This document shows positions 12,990-25,700 of a stretch of 64,000 nucleotides of DNA, piece by piece. The first letter of the stretch is position 1; every line of letters begins with the position of its first letter. This DNA comes from Vicugna vicugna (Eukaryota): contig MU062062.1 of assembly GCA_013265495.1 (NCBI GenBank), positions 1,025,651 to 1,089,650 of the forward strand. The letters are read 5' to 3'. The position numbers and the translations under genes are program-made. The notes beneath the pieces were generated by a model. The model saw only the letters and a list, made by a program, of their open reading frames with translations, was not told where the DNA came from and ran no database searches.

Positions 12990-13950
12990 TTAGGATGAAG
13001 TGTGTGCCTAACCTGTTGGGATTTTTATCAGACTTGCACTGCATTTTTGGAGAGAAGTGATAGCCGTATCACACTGAGTGCCCGACCTATGAACAGAGAA
13101 TGTCCTCATTTAGGTTTTCAGAAAGGTCATACCAGGTTCATAATTAAAATCTCCCTTCTGACTCATTCCACTTAAACAAGAGCATGTTTTTCCCATGCAC
13201 GTGAGGGCTTCAGCATGCATCTGGTGTTTGGTTTTTTTCTTTCTAATTGGTGCTAGGTCTATATGAAGATGATGTTCATCACTATTTCTAATTAATTAAT
13301 TAATTAATCAATCACTAGTCTTAGTATCTGCCTTGTATTTAATTATATAAACGAGTTATATTTTATTTAAGAAAATGCTTCTTGGTAGACTTTTAGGTTG
13401 TTCGTTATTTGTTGTAGTCATAACGTGCTGCAGGGAACATCTTTATTTATACATTATTGCCCCCTTGTGAGACTATAGCTATAGCGTAATTCTCATGAAG
13501 TGAAATTTCTGGCGAAAGAGTACACTCATTGAAAGTTTGTGTAAATGAGGGGGAGGGTACAGCTCAGTGGTAGAGTGCCTGCTTAGCATGCACAAGGTCC
13601 TGGGTTCAATCTCCATTAAAAGTAAATAAATAAATCTAATTACCTCCCCCCTTAAAAGTTAAAAAGAGATATTCAAAGGAAAAAAATGAAAACATAAAAA
13701 ATTTAAAAATAAAATAAAATTTGTATAAATGATGCCAAAGTTCTTTCCAAAAGGTAGATACATATATGTGCACGTAGTCCCACATGGAGCCTGAAGTGTA
13801 GGAGCACCCGATCCCTGCCACTTCACAGGCCTCACCAGCCCTGAGCTTCATCAGACCGTTTCATCTGATAGATTATATCCCGGTGTTACTTTAACATACC
13901 TTTTATTAACCGTTAATCCTGGCCTTTTTCCCATATAGTTACGTGTAAAT
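12990..13950 (-). mobile_element. Old LINE-1 (L1M-type) remnant interrupted by the SINE at 13549
   Basis: AT-rich with degraded antisense-L1-like tracts (ttttaggttgttcgttattt..., ttctttccaaaagg) on both sides of the SINE. Confidence 0.4.
13549..13715 (+). mobile_element. tRNA-derived SINE (camelid Vic-1-like) with target-site duplication
   Basis: Head ggggagggtacagctcagtggtagag... carries an A box and a GGTTCAAT B box, followed by an A-rich tail. Flanks aaagtttgtgtaaatga (13532-13548) and aaaatttgtataaatga (13716-13732) match 15/17. Confidence 0.85.
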
Positions 13951-14670
13951 TTGTGAAGTTAAAAAATTATTATTAAAAGCATTAGCCAAGAGGACTCTCA
14001 GCATCTTAAGTTTCCTGAAAACACCCAAAATTAAACTCAGTTCAGGGGACGAGGGGACGGGCATCGGGGAACGTACCTAGAAGCAGAAACGGAGTCAGAG
14101 GCTGCCAGCTCAACCTGAACTCCTGAATGGGTCGTTTTAAACAGACAGAAAATAAAACAGAAGGCTGAGGTCAGTGGTGTGACCAGCATGACAACAGACC
14201 TGAGGTGGTAAAACTGTGGAACCTTCGGGTTGGAAGGCAGCTTGGAGAAAATTGGGTCTCTCTTCTCTTTGCAGATGAGCCCATTTCTACAAGCTCAACA
14301 GGAAGATGAGATGCTTTACGCAGACGTGTCAGTAGAAATGTTCAGTGGCTGCAAACGGGTGACATGGAATAAACATTTTTTGAGCAGAAAAAAAAAGCCA
14401 ACAACTGGGCGAAGGCGAGCGCGAGGGCCGCGGTCTGGACTCAGTGTGAGGCCCTTTTCCCCGGCTGCCTGTCACCAGCGCAGAGCCTGCTGGCTTTTTG
14501 TACCCTCCTTTTGCATCTCCAACAGCGTCACTCACTTGTGTACGATGGATTCAGAAGTGAAGGATTTGCAACAGCATGCATTTCGTCAGTGACATGCAAT
14601 CCTGGAAAACAGCATATTCAGTTAAACCACTTCATCTTTTTCTTCCGGAGGTAAAAGCCCTGACACCTCG

Positions 14671-15110
14671 ATATTAGCTTCCTAGGGCTTTGTAACAAAG
14701 GACCACAAACTGGATGGCTGAGCACAACAGAAATTCATGGCCTCGTAGCTCTGGGGGCCAGAAGGGGAGATCCAAGGTGTTGGCGCATTGGTTCCTTCTG
14801 AGGCTGTGAGGAGGAACCTGTTCATTCCGCGTCCCCAGCTTCTGGCGTGGCCGGCAATCCCTGGTACCTTGTATTGCAAAAGCATCTCCATGGCTTTGTG
14901 TTCGTCTTCACGTGGCCTTCTCCCATGTGTGTCCATGTGCCCAACTATCCCCCTTTACAGGGCACCGGTCACATTGGACTAGAGGCCCATCCTAATGACC
15001 CCACTTCAACTTGATCACCTTGGTAAAGATCCTTTACCGAGTGAGGTCACATTCTGAGGTTATGGGGGGTCAAGATGCCAGCATTTCTTTTTGGAGAGAC
15101 ACAGTTCTCC
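14671..15110 (-). mobile_element. MaLR (MLT1-type) solo LTR
   Basis: tattagcttcctagggc..taacaaaggaccacaaactggatggct..aacagaaatt through gtcacattctgaggt. Confidence 0.75.
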
Positions 15111-16731
15111 CCACGACACTCCAATATTCACTTGACTGCCTTTCTAAGTCCCGGTCCCAGTCTGCTCTGACAGTGCTCACTTGCTCATCCTACTAACACA
15201 GTGCTTCCTTGTAACACAGGAGGTTTTTGTAACATAGGATGCTGCATAGACAATTTGTGATTTTTTTCTACATTGCAATGATCTGCTAATATAAACTGAG
15301 ATTACATATGCATGTTAATACTATGTTGGTGCTGCTCAAAATAATTATTTATAAATGCTTAGTGTGCGCAGCTCACCCATCAATGAGGTCTGTCCTGTGG
15401 GAACGCACTGCAAAGTGGCCATTACTGGATTTATGTAGCATTTATTCTTCAGAGATCAAAATACTGTAACGTCCCTGTGCCTCAGTTTCCCGCAGAATCA
15501 CAGCAGGGTTAATAACCCCCAGCCGTCTCCCAAGATCACAGAGATGTTGCGGTGACAGTAATACTTATCCCCCGAAGTGTCACTGGAGGAAAGGAATTTA
15601 CGTGGAGTGTTTGTGTCCTTAGCTTCTCATCATTACCCTTGCTTGACCCGATTCAGCTGGGTCCTCCTCTGAATAAAGAATCCTCTGCACTGTGGAGAGC
15701 TTTCTGAAGACTGGTGGCTTTTCGTGGCGATATTACCCCGTACGTTGCTCTCAAGTGTTTGGACGTCCAGGCAGGTTGCACCTGTCTCCTGAGCCTTGTT
15801 TCTTCAGCGCCTGGGTGAAGGGGCAGGGAGATTTGAGTTCCTCTGCATTCTCCGGCCAGAAGTGGGGGATGAGGGAGATGAGAGAAGGGAGGGGGTGGTA
15901 GCTCTGAGAAACTGAGGTCAGACTTGGGTCCTTCCTTCTTCCATGTCCCTCCCATACGGTGGCCAGGTGTGTTTCATCCCAGATGCACCTGCCGCCCCCA
16001 GCCGCCTGCCGGCCCACCCACTCACGCTCCACCTTCTGGAGCCATTCTCCGCGGTGCAGGAAGGGCACGTGTGCAGTCCTCCCAGACACGAAATGCGGGT
16101 GGGGAGAGCAGCGGGCCAGCACAGCCGTGGAGGTGCGTGAGCTGTCCTGCGATTTGCGGGGACGTTCTGATTGGGACCACTGTTAAGAGCGTGACGTCGT
16201 GGAATCGCGGCCCTGGAAACCAGGTGATGCAGGCCTTGCCCATGAAGCCACACAGGGAACCGGGCCTTGCCCATGAAGCCACACAGCCCGGGGCTAAGGC
16301 GCCTGCTAGGGGCTTGAAGCGACGTCCTCCTCACTTCACTGCCCGGAACGTGCTGATGGACGCGTGGCCACGCAGAGGTGCAGGCGCACAACCTGCACCC
16401 GGGAGACCTACGCCCACCGGTGGTCACAGCACCGAGCAAGTCCCGAGGCTTATTTTATTAGCCCGCCCCTCCCCTGCGCAGACCCGCCCCTCCCTGCGCC
16501 GGCCTGCCGCTCTGCACTCAGCCCCGCCCCTTGCACGCAGGCCCCGCCCCGGCCCCGGCCCGCGAGTCCCGCCCCGCCGCAGCGGGGACCCGCCCTTTTC
16601 CTCGCCAGCCTCTTGGGGAGGGCGTCGCTCTGCACGCTGACCAATGGAGTGGCGGCCGGCGAGCCCGCCCCGCCCCGCGCCGTGCGTCGGCATAAGTGGG
16701 GTCGCGGCCGGTGGCGTGCTGGTCACACGCC

Positions 16732-16784
16732 ATGTGGCGCAGCGGCTGGAGGGCGAGCGGCGCGCTGCGGAGACTGGGCGGCCG
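16732..16784 (+). CDS. PITRM1: PITRM1 exon 1 ([17 protein letters not shown])
   Basis: ATG in gccATGt context inside a CpG island; donor cg|gtgaga; resembles human MWRCGG...RRLSG. Confidence 0.9.
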
Positions 16785-19700
16785 GTGAGACGCGGGAGGA
16801 AGGGAGCGGTGCGAGGGGCGGACAGTGAGGGGAGAGGGAGGGTGGGCGGCGATGGCGCGGGAGGCTTCGCGGTGTCGCTCAGCTTGTTCTGGGGCTCCCG
16901 CACCCCCGTACCCCTCGCCTGGGGCTCCCGCACCCCCGGACCCCTCGCCTGGGGCTCCCGCACCCCCGGACCCCTCGCCTGGGGCTCCCAACCCCGGAGC
17001 CCAGTCCCAGCCCGAGCCCCCTTGCAGGGTCTGGATGCGGGGTCCTTTTGGCCCCTCGGGGTGGCGGAGAGGCCCCCCTCCCATGGCCTCCTCCGCTCAG
17101 TCCTCGGTGTCCACCCCTCCCAAAGGAAGGGGGTCGTGTCCAGTTCCAGGGTTGGGGTGAAGCCCTCAGAAAAGACTGGGTCCAAGCGGCGAGGACCTGG
17201 CCGGACCCGCCTCCCTCGGGCGGCCCTGCGTGCGGTGGTCGGGGCTTTCCAGGGAAAGACGCGTGGATGTGGGTTTTAATGGGAGCAATAAAAACAGCCC
17301 CGAGCTGCGGGTCTCGTTGGCTCGTTAGTCGCTGCGCGGTTCCCTGTAGTCGTGGGCACGGAAGCACCGCGCTCACCTGCGCTCCTGATAAAATTGGCGC
17401 CTCCAGGAATGGAGCTTCCTGTTTAATGACTAGATTTATGGAAAAGGAGTGGTTTAGTTTCAAACTGTGAATGAGTATCATTCCCCTTGAGTTGGTAAAA
17501 TACAGCATTTTACTTTTTAAAAGAAAGATTGCATTGTTTGGTTTTATGCTAATTCATAGAACCCTATTTACTTTGTGGTGGAGTTTACCAGCCCAGGGGA
17601 GGAAACTCGGGGTTCCCTTGCAGTGTGTCTGGGTTAAAAGCCGCTATCCCGTCTTTGTAGAATTTGCTGGATCAACAAGGGAAAGGTTGGTTGTTTATAG
17701 AATATCTCCCTGATCCTGCCTGACACTGAATGGGCCAGTGTTTTCTGTGCATATCTTCTTCAAAATAAACATTTTTGCGGGATATGATGTTAATGTAGAA
17801 AATGCCGTAGAGCATATAATGCAATTGAGAGAAAAGTTATTTAAAAATAAGTTGTCACCATTACCCAGTTTAAGATTACCCCTAACTCTCCCTCCCTCTA
17901 AAATGGAATCTCTCTTCTGGCTTACAGAAGTAATTCCCTTGTTTTTCTTTGTTTTCTTACCATCCACACGTGTTCCTGCAACACAGTGTTACTTGGCTGA
18001 GCAGTTGCTGCTAAAGTAACACTGTGTCTGTCCCCTGTGGGTTTTGTGGTTCAGCATCGTCTGTCACATCTCCACTCATTCTAGGGCTAAGTTTATGCCT
18101 GAATAGTGTGTCATTTGTCTGTTGTCAGCTGCTGGACGTCGGAGCTGGCGGGGTCGGGGCCCTTGGGAGTGGTGTACACACTGTTGTAAGGAGAGAGTTT
18201 TTAATGCGATTACAGGTAACCAGTGTCATGGTTATGTTATTTACGGACACATGCGAGAAAGGGTTTTCAGCAGTTAGTTGATTCAAGGCTTTAGCTGAGT
18301 TGAGATAAAGTTGAAAGAACTTTAATGGAAATTAATTTTCTGGAAGATGGTTGGAGGATGTGAGGTTTAACTTTTCCTTGAATTGTCTTTATCACGTGGC
18401 AGTATTTTTCACTATGTTACGGAACTACATTGGCCAGTTTTCCTGCAAACCATCTAACTTTGATTACTTTCTGAAAGTGCAGCAGTGCCAACCTCAGAGC
18501 ATGGAGGTGGGGGAGCACCACGGCCTGTGAGAGGGCCCTGCGGTTCCAGGTCGGAGAAAAGATCCAGGGGTTCACGGTCGGCCAGGTACGCCCAGGTGTG
18601 CTCTCCCCCTGGGGGGGGTCTCCTCCTGGTCCCCAGACCCTGGCCCGTCTGTCTCACGGCGGGTGCTCAGAAGCAGAGGAGTTTGCAAATGAAAGGATTT
18701 CCTGACTCTTAAGGGAGTATAGATCCCTAACCCCTTTCCCGACCGCTGGACCCTGACATCTTTTCAGATCTTGGAAAGTAAATCAAACACATTTTTGTTT
18801 CTGCATCAGACACAACTGTTCACACTGAGTGATAATTCAGACTGAATGCCCCACACCTGTTCAGGTCACGTTTTACCAGCAGCCAAGTTTGCGCCAAACT
18901 TAGGCAAAAACTTTCTGCATTTGAGCCATTGGGTTTCAGAATTACAGAGAAGAGACTGTGGGCCATGTGGGCCAGTAGTTACGTAAGTTTATGTTAAAAT
19001 GGATTTCATTTGATTGTTGTTTTGTTGTGATTAAACTTTCACATTGTTTTCCTTTAATGCAATAATTGGAAACTACGTTTATCACATAGTTGGTGGTTGT
19101 GCTCGCACTGTGCTTCACCCTCTAACAGGTGCACAGACGAGCAGCTCCCTGTCCAGGGGGACACGTGTGTGGCTGTGGCGCAGGAGCAGGAGGGACAGTG
19201 TGATGAAGGGCAGAGCACGAGGAAGATGGAGGAGAGGGTGGGGAGGGGCCTGGACAGTCTGTCTCCAGGCAGCGTGGGCCAGGCGGTGCAGGGCAGGGCT
19301 GGTATTCAAGGCAGTCCCAGGACCTGTGAGTCCCTTACAGGGGTTCGTGGCCTGGGGGCTCTGATCCTTTCTAAGAAACAGTTATCAGGAAAGCTTTTAC
19401 AAGGTGGATGGATGTTCACCTCATAGAGCACAGGGGTTAACTCTGAGGTCTGAACGACTTCAGAGCCGTCAGTTACGTGAGCATCAGGAGGCCACTCAAA
19501 CCCGTTTTTGTGGCAGGGCCCTCAGAGCAGGCTCAGGACACCGGAGTTCTGTCTCTGCCTTGCCAGTAAGTGGCGTCAGCGAGGACGGGTCCTTTCACAG
19601 CTGTGTGGTTGTCATGGTGATGTAGGGCTGTGGCTGAAGGAGAGGGACCTGGCGGAGCTGCTTCAGTACCAAGGACAGTGGGAGTTCTGTGAGGAGCGCT

Positions 19701-22700
19701 CATGGAAACACAGACGCACACATGCACAGCCTCCTCCAGCGGGCGAGGATGGGTTTGCTTTTGCGTGGAGTGGTTTGCGCCCCGCTGGACCCTCCCTCTA
19801 GGAACGGGTAACTGGCGTTAGCCCAGCTCACCACCGGGAGCTGAGACTAGAGGAAGCAGAATTTAGCGTCAGGAGCATCCTTCAGCCGCCCAGACTCAGG
19901 TCTGTCCCAGCGTTTACCTCCCGGCGGGGCCGTTCTGAGGGTCCCAGAGAGGAGCGCATGGCAGACGCCGCAGACATTCTGGGCTGCAGTCTGTTCTCCT
20001 TGGGGCAGCCTGGGCGACAGAAGGGGTCTGAGTGCAGGCTTCGGTCTGGGCAGGCTGTCTCACTGCCTGAGGCTCAGAATTTCATCTGTGAGTGGGGTGC
20101 GAGGGCCTTCCTCCCAGGGTTACCTGCCGCGTGTTTCGGAAGTGCTCAGCAGACAGCGAGCATGTGGGAGGGAAGGCGTGTGTTGTCATCAGCCCGGGTC
20201 TGCGAGGCTCAGGTCGGGACGGGGGCTCCTGCCGTGCCCTCCGGGCCAGGCCCTGCGGGGTGCTCGGCGTGGGGCCCTGGCGCCTCTGCGGTTGAGCTCC
20301 GCTCTTCTTGTTTTCCTTGTTGGTTCAGGTCACGTCTGTCCCCGAGCTGTGCCTGACTGCCGTGAAGCTCAGCCATGACGGCACGGGAGCGCGGTACTTG
20401 CACCTGGCCAGGGAGGACAGGAACAACCTGTTCAGGTGTGTGGGGTGCCCTCCGGCCCCCTTCTGAGAGCTCTGCTTCGAGCGTCTCCCGCACCTATGCT
20501 AGTTTAAGATACCAGCCCTGACAGTATCCAGGAAGCACGAGGGCAGGGTAGAGGAGTTCACACCCTCGGCTCCCTGCAGGCCCGGGGCTGTGTGCGTGCA
20601 CAGTCCTGAGAGGCGGGGAGGCTGCCGTGGCCTGTCCCGATGGTCCGAGTGATCGCGTGCCCGGGCTCTGTCGGTTCTCCGCAGCGTGCAGTTCCGCACC
20701 ACCCCCCTGGACAGCAGCGGCGTGCCCCACGTCCTGGAGCACACGGTCCTGTGCGGCTCGCAGAAGTACCCCTGCAGGGATCCTTTCTTCAAGATGCTGA
20801 ACAGGTCGCTGTCCACGTTCATGAACGCCTTCACGGGTGAGACGCCGGCCCGGCCCAGAGCCGCCTTCCCTCCGCCGTGAGGCCCAGGGCACACCGTTCT
20901 CTGTCGGGCTGGGGACGTTGGAAGTGTCATCCCTTTGGAATGGGTTGGGGCTGATTGTAAAAACTGGAGTTTGAGGGAAAAGGCGACAGCCGTTTTCTCT
21001 GGGGAGTGTGGCTGCGGGGCTCGGCCTCTGGAGCTGGCGCTGGGCTCCGGGCTCTGGGCTGTAGGACACAGGGCAGTGGTGGCTGGGCCGGCGGGGCTCA
21101 GCCACCTGTTCCGAGCAAGTGCGGGGGGCGCTCTGCGGGCCAGGCCGGCCTTCCGGGCCTGCGGCTGCCTCTGCTGTGGGCCGCTGGGGCGGGGCGGGGC
21201 TGCGTGGGCGCTTCCTGTGGGGCGGCTGTGTTGTCACATCTCTTCCTTTGTGTGCAGCTAGTGATTACACCCTGTACCCGTTTTCCACACAAAACCCCAA
21301 GGACTTCCAGAACCTCCTGTCCGTGTACCTGGATGCAGTCTTCTTCCCGTGCTTGCGGGAACTGGACTTCTGGTAAGCGGTGGCCGGTTCCCTGGCCTGT
21401 GCTTCGGTGACGGCGTCACTGTCCTCGTGTAATTGTCGGTCGCTCCTCAGGCAGGAAGGGTGGCGGCTGGAGCACGAGGACCCGAACGACCCGCAGACGC
21501 CCTTGGTCTTTAAAGGAGTCGTCTTTAATGAGATGAAGGGCGCGTTTGTGAGTGTTTTCCTTTGTTGTGTTGACGTTATCCTACTGTGTAAAGTGCTGAA
21601 ACACAGAGAGGCTTGGAAGACGTCCTTATGGCACTGAGTGTCCTCGTTGTCAGCACTTGACTTAGCGGGGACAGCGCTGTGAGCGGCGGCCGCAGGGCGG
21701 TGGGTGGACTAGCAGTCTCAGCCGTGCTGTGCGGCCGCGGAGGCTGGGGCGTGGTCTCCTCACGTCTTCCTGGCCCGAGTATACAGCGGGGTTTACGGAG
21801 TCAATTACATCTCAAGTTCTCAGATCAGGACCACCGCGGTCAAGTGAATACCGCAGTAAAGCGGGTCACGCACGTTGTCTGATTTCCGGTGCCCATTAAT
21901 GTCGTGCTGACGCTGTGCTCTGGTCTGGTAAACCTGCAGTAGCACCGTGTCTAAGAACATGCCGTGATTAAGAACCCCTCATTGCTAAAGGGTGTGTCTG
22001 GGTGGGCGTCCCTGTTTACCACGAGATGTTGGCATGCGGCCCCCGATCGTGGCCCCTCACCGAGCCGCAGGCACAGCGTGTGTGCTGCTTCTCACACGCA
22101 CTGTGTTTTTAACCCGAAGACAGACAACGAGAGGATATTCTCGCAGCACCTGCAGAGCCGCCTGCTTCCCGACCACACGTACGCTGTGGTCTCCGGAGGG
22201 GACCCCTTGTGCATCCCAGACCTCACGTGGGAGCAGCTGAGGCAGTTCCACGCCACGCACTACCACCCCAGCAATGCCAGGTGACGCGCCTTGCCGCCGG
22301 CCCTTAGCTCTTCTTGCCCTGAATGCTTCTCTCACGTTTGCTGTGGAAAGGTTTGCTTTAAACCGTGTGAGTTTAGACAAGATTCTGACTTGGACGCCCA
22401 GCGTGGTGGGTGCCCCTCCTGCCCTGAACGCGGGCAGACGCCGGGGAGCGCTCACTGCTAAACTTTGATTTTCACTTTCTAAACTTTGAGTAGAAGGTTT
22501 GAAAGGATCTTTAAGATTCTAGTTCCCAAACCTTTAAGCGTAGCTCAGGCAACGTTATATTAAACAGATCAAGCCTGTCATTGTCTCCTTAATCCCCTGG
22601 GTGAATACTGTGTTGTCTTAAAACATGTGTGGTCTGAAATCTGTAGCCTAAATGTGACCTTCACGACGTTCTGAGTCTTACCAGTTAGGCTCAGATGCGT

Positions 22701-25700
22701 CACTATGTCAGCGCGGCGGAGGCCTGAAGTCTTCCCATGTGTAGCTTGTCTGGGTTTTTGCGGCTCCTTGATTCAAAATGAAGAGCAGTTTTTGCCAGAC
22801 TTACATTTAACCCCTTGTACAGTTAGTGCTTTGTTTAAACCACGTCTTATAAAAAGAGCAGAAGCCTCTATTGTTGTCTGTGGTTAAGCCAAGTGGGAAA
22901 AAGTGGCCCCTCGCGGCGGTCGCGTCAGCCCGGGACCCGGCTCTGTGGTGGCTGTCACACCTGCAAACCGCCTGCTTCACATGAAGCCGTCTGTGTTGGT
23001 TTCTGACCTTTTAACCTAACATAGGCTGAGATACTCCCTCAAAATTTCAGGTTCTTCACTTATGGTGATTTCCCGCTGGAACAGCATCTGAAACAGATTC
23101 ATGAAGAAGCGCTGAGTAAATTTGAGAAGATTGAGCCACGGACGGCGGTGCCCGCGCAGCGGCCGTGGCCGGAGCCGGTGGGTGCGCCGGGGAGCGGTAC
23201 CCCGCCCACGCCTGTTCACTGTGCGCAGAGGGAGGCTCCGACGGCTGTTGCCAGGCCTTTAAATGCTGTGGGCACTGCCCTGTGTTTAAGAGCTTCTCGA
23301 GCCTGAAGAATGGTTACTTGTTTGAAAGGAAAGTTAAACTTAGTGGGAAGTGTCTCTTGGACCATTTTCTACATCCGGTAACGGCTGCTTGCTTAGACCC
23401 GTCCACGTATCCTCTGCCCACGTAACGCGCCCCGCCCTCTTGCAGAGGGAGTTCCAGATCACGTGTGCCCGGGACTCGCTGGCTGCGGGGTCCTCTGAGC
23501 AGACAACGGTCAGCGTCAGCTTCCTCCTGCCAGAGTGAGTGTCCGCGGGACCCGGAGGGACAGGGCCAGTGGGAGGTCGTGGGCAACGCCCCCATGGGAG
23601 TCCAGCAGGTGTTGGATGTCAGGTGTTTGCAACCACGTCCAGGCTGGTTTGGGGTTTAGGGCTGGGGTCACAGGTGCGTCTGAGCATGAGGAGAGACTGT
23701 GAACTCTGGACGCAAAAAAATACTGGACACACAAGACTCTGAACGTAGAGGTCTGGGCGCTCAGGACGTGTGGGCAGGAAGGGGTCCGGCCACGCTACTG
23801 GGTGCGGGCCTCTGTGGCTGCACAGCTTGACTTAGTGGCCCCACTCCCTCAGTGTTTACGTCCGTGTGGACGGGGCGGTTACAGTAGATAGTGCCCATCA
23901 GGGTGCTTGGCGCCGGCCTGTGATGGCACTCCGTCCGCAGCCGTGTAAGCCTTGCGGTTTGGGACCCCCCCCAAAACCCAGTACGCAAGAGCTTTTCAAA
24001 CCAAAATATATATATTTTTTTTGTCCATTTAACTATTCAAATAGAGGTTGAGATGCAAGAAATTCTGGTAGAAATTCAGTTTTGGGGGGAAATGGAAGTG
24101 TTAATTTAGTGGTGATTTTAATGACTTTGAAAACATTTGTGACAACCGTTTCCCCCTTTTCTCTGCTCCCCACTTGTATAAATGAAGCATCACCAACACG
24201 TTTGAAGCCTTCACCTTGAGCCTTTTGTCCTCCCTCCTGATCAGCGGCCCCAACTCCCCCTTCTACAAAGCCCTTGTCGAATCTGGACTCGGCACAGACT
24301 TTTCTCCTGACGTTGGGTATGTTTTCCTGTCAAATCAGATCCTCAGTCCACGGCTGGGGGCATTTTGACGTTTGACAGTGTCTGGACCCATCGTGGGTTG
24401 TCACAGCTGGTGGGTGGAGGTCGGGGGTGTAGGGGGCTCCACGTCCCACAGTCGCAGTACGGCCCTACCCACCCCAGCTTTGGTTCCCGTACAGGCTGTT
24501 TATGTCCTTGCAGGGGACATTCTGCAAAAAAACAAAAGCCAGCAAGGTAGCTCTTCCAGCATCTCAGAACGGCAGGCATGTTGTTGCCTGTCTTAAAAAG
24601 TCAGGTCACTAAATGTTCATTGAAATCTTAAGATTTCGTGAAACTCCGGAATCCTCTTTTTAAATTTATTCTTCTGGTACTCTAAAGTTTAAATCGCGGT
24701 GATTTTACAAATGTAAACTGACCAGTTGTATCTGAGGAGCGAGCGCCTGGGGACTCTGCATCGGTGGCTGCCACGTGGGGTCTGAAGTTCTCAGCCCTGC
24801 GCTGTAGCGTATTTGATCTTTCAGGGGCACGCGTCCTAAGGAACAGTGGAAACTAGATTCCAAGGCGTTCTCTGCCTTTGTGATTCAGGTATAACGGCTG
24901 CACGAGGGAGGCCTACTTCAGCGTGGGCCTGCAGGGCATCGCCGAGAAGGACATCCAGACGGTCCGGGACCTTGTGGACCGGACGCTGGATGACGTCATC
25001 CTGTACGTGAGCGCGCGGGGACAGGCTTGTCCCAGCTCCCGGGCTGGGGGGGTGGGTTGGGGGCCGGGGGCAGTGTCTCCTCACGCAGCACAGCTGAATT
25101 CCTACCCGTCAGCTGTTGGAGTATTATCTCTGCTTCCTTGTTCACAACCATTGATTTCAACGTCTGAATTCTTGATATTTCTGTAGGCAAGGATTTGAAG
25201 ACGATCGAATTGAAGCTTTACTTCATAAAGTTGAAATACAGATGAAGCACCAGTCCGCCAGCTTTGGACTCGCCCTGGCGTCTGTGTGTAATTAATTTCT
25301 CAGACACCTCCTTCTCTCCTTGCTTTTGTGTTAGTGATTCTTGAAAGTGTAGATTGTTACTCACAGCACCTTTCATTTGAACCTTGAAGGTTACAATGTT
25401 TGGGATCTGATACAAAACTACTGTTCATTTAGTTTTAGTTCATTGTGTTTTGAGGGGAGGGTATAGCTCAGTGGTAGAGTGCGTGCCTAGCATGCATGAG
25501 GTCCTGGGTTCAATCCCCAGTGCCACCACTAAAAAAATAAAAAAATAAATCTAATCACCCCCTAAAACCCCCCAAAATAAAAAAACTAGTAAAGTGAAAT
25601 TAAAATTTAAAAAAAGATACATGGTTCTTTTACTAGCTTATTACTTCATTAACTTTTCAACGTCTGAGATTTACACAGTACTTTAAATGGGCAGAGATTT

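Larger units (their letters stand above)
16300..17400 (+). promoter_or_regulatory. PITRM1 CpG-island, TATA-less promoter with GC boxes and a CCAAT box
   Basis: Very high GC and CpG density around exon 1. Repeated CCCGCCCC (Sp1-type) motifs at ~16481-16575. CCAAT at 16641-16645, ~90 nt upstream of the ATG. Confidence 0.85.

Noticed and set aside
13549-13625. tRNA gene call for the gggagggtac/tatagctcagtggtagag elements
   Set aside because: There is no 3' acceptor-stem complement, and the element has an A-rich tail and a TSD. It is a SINE, not a tRNA.
1-16300. Long ORFs in the supplied track (e.g. 4754-5788, 2039-2623) as independent genes
   Set aside because: Pro/Arg/Gly/Ala-rich translations are expected from stop-poor GC-rich DNA. 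They show no recognisable domains, and several run through L1 or LTR remnants.
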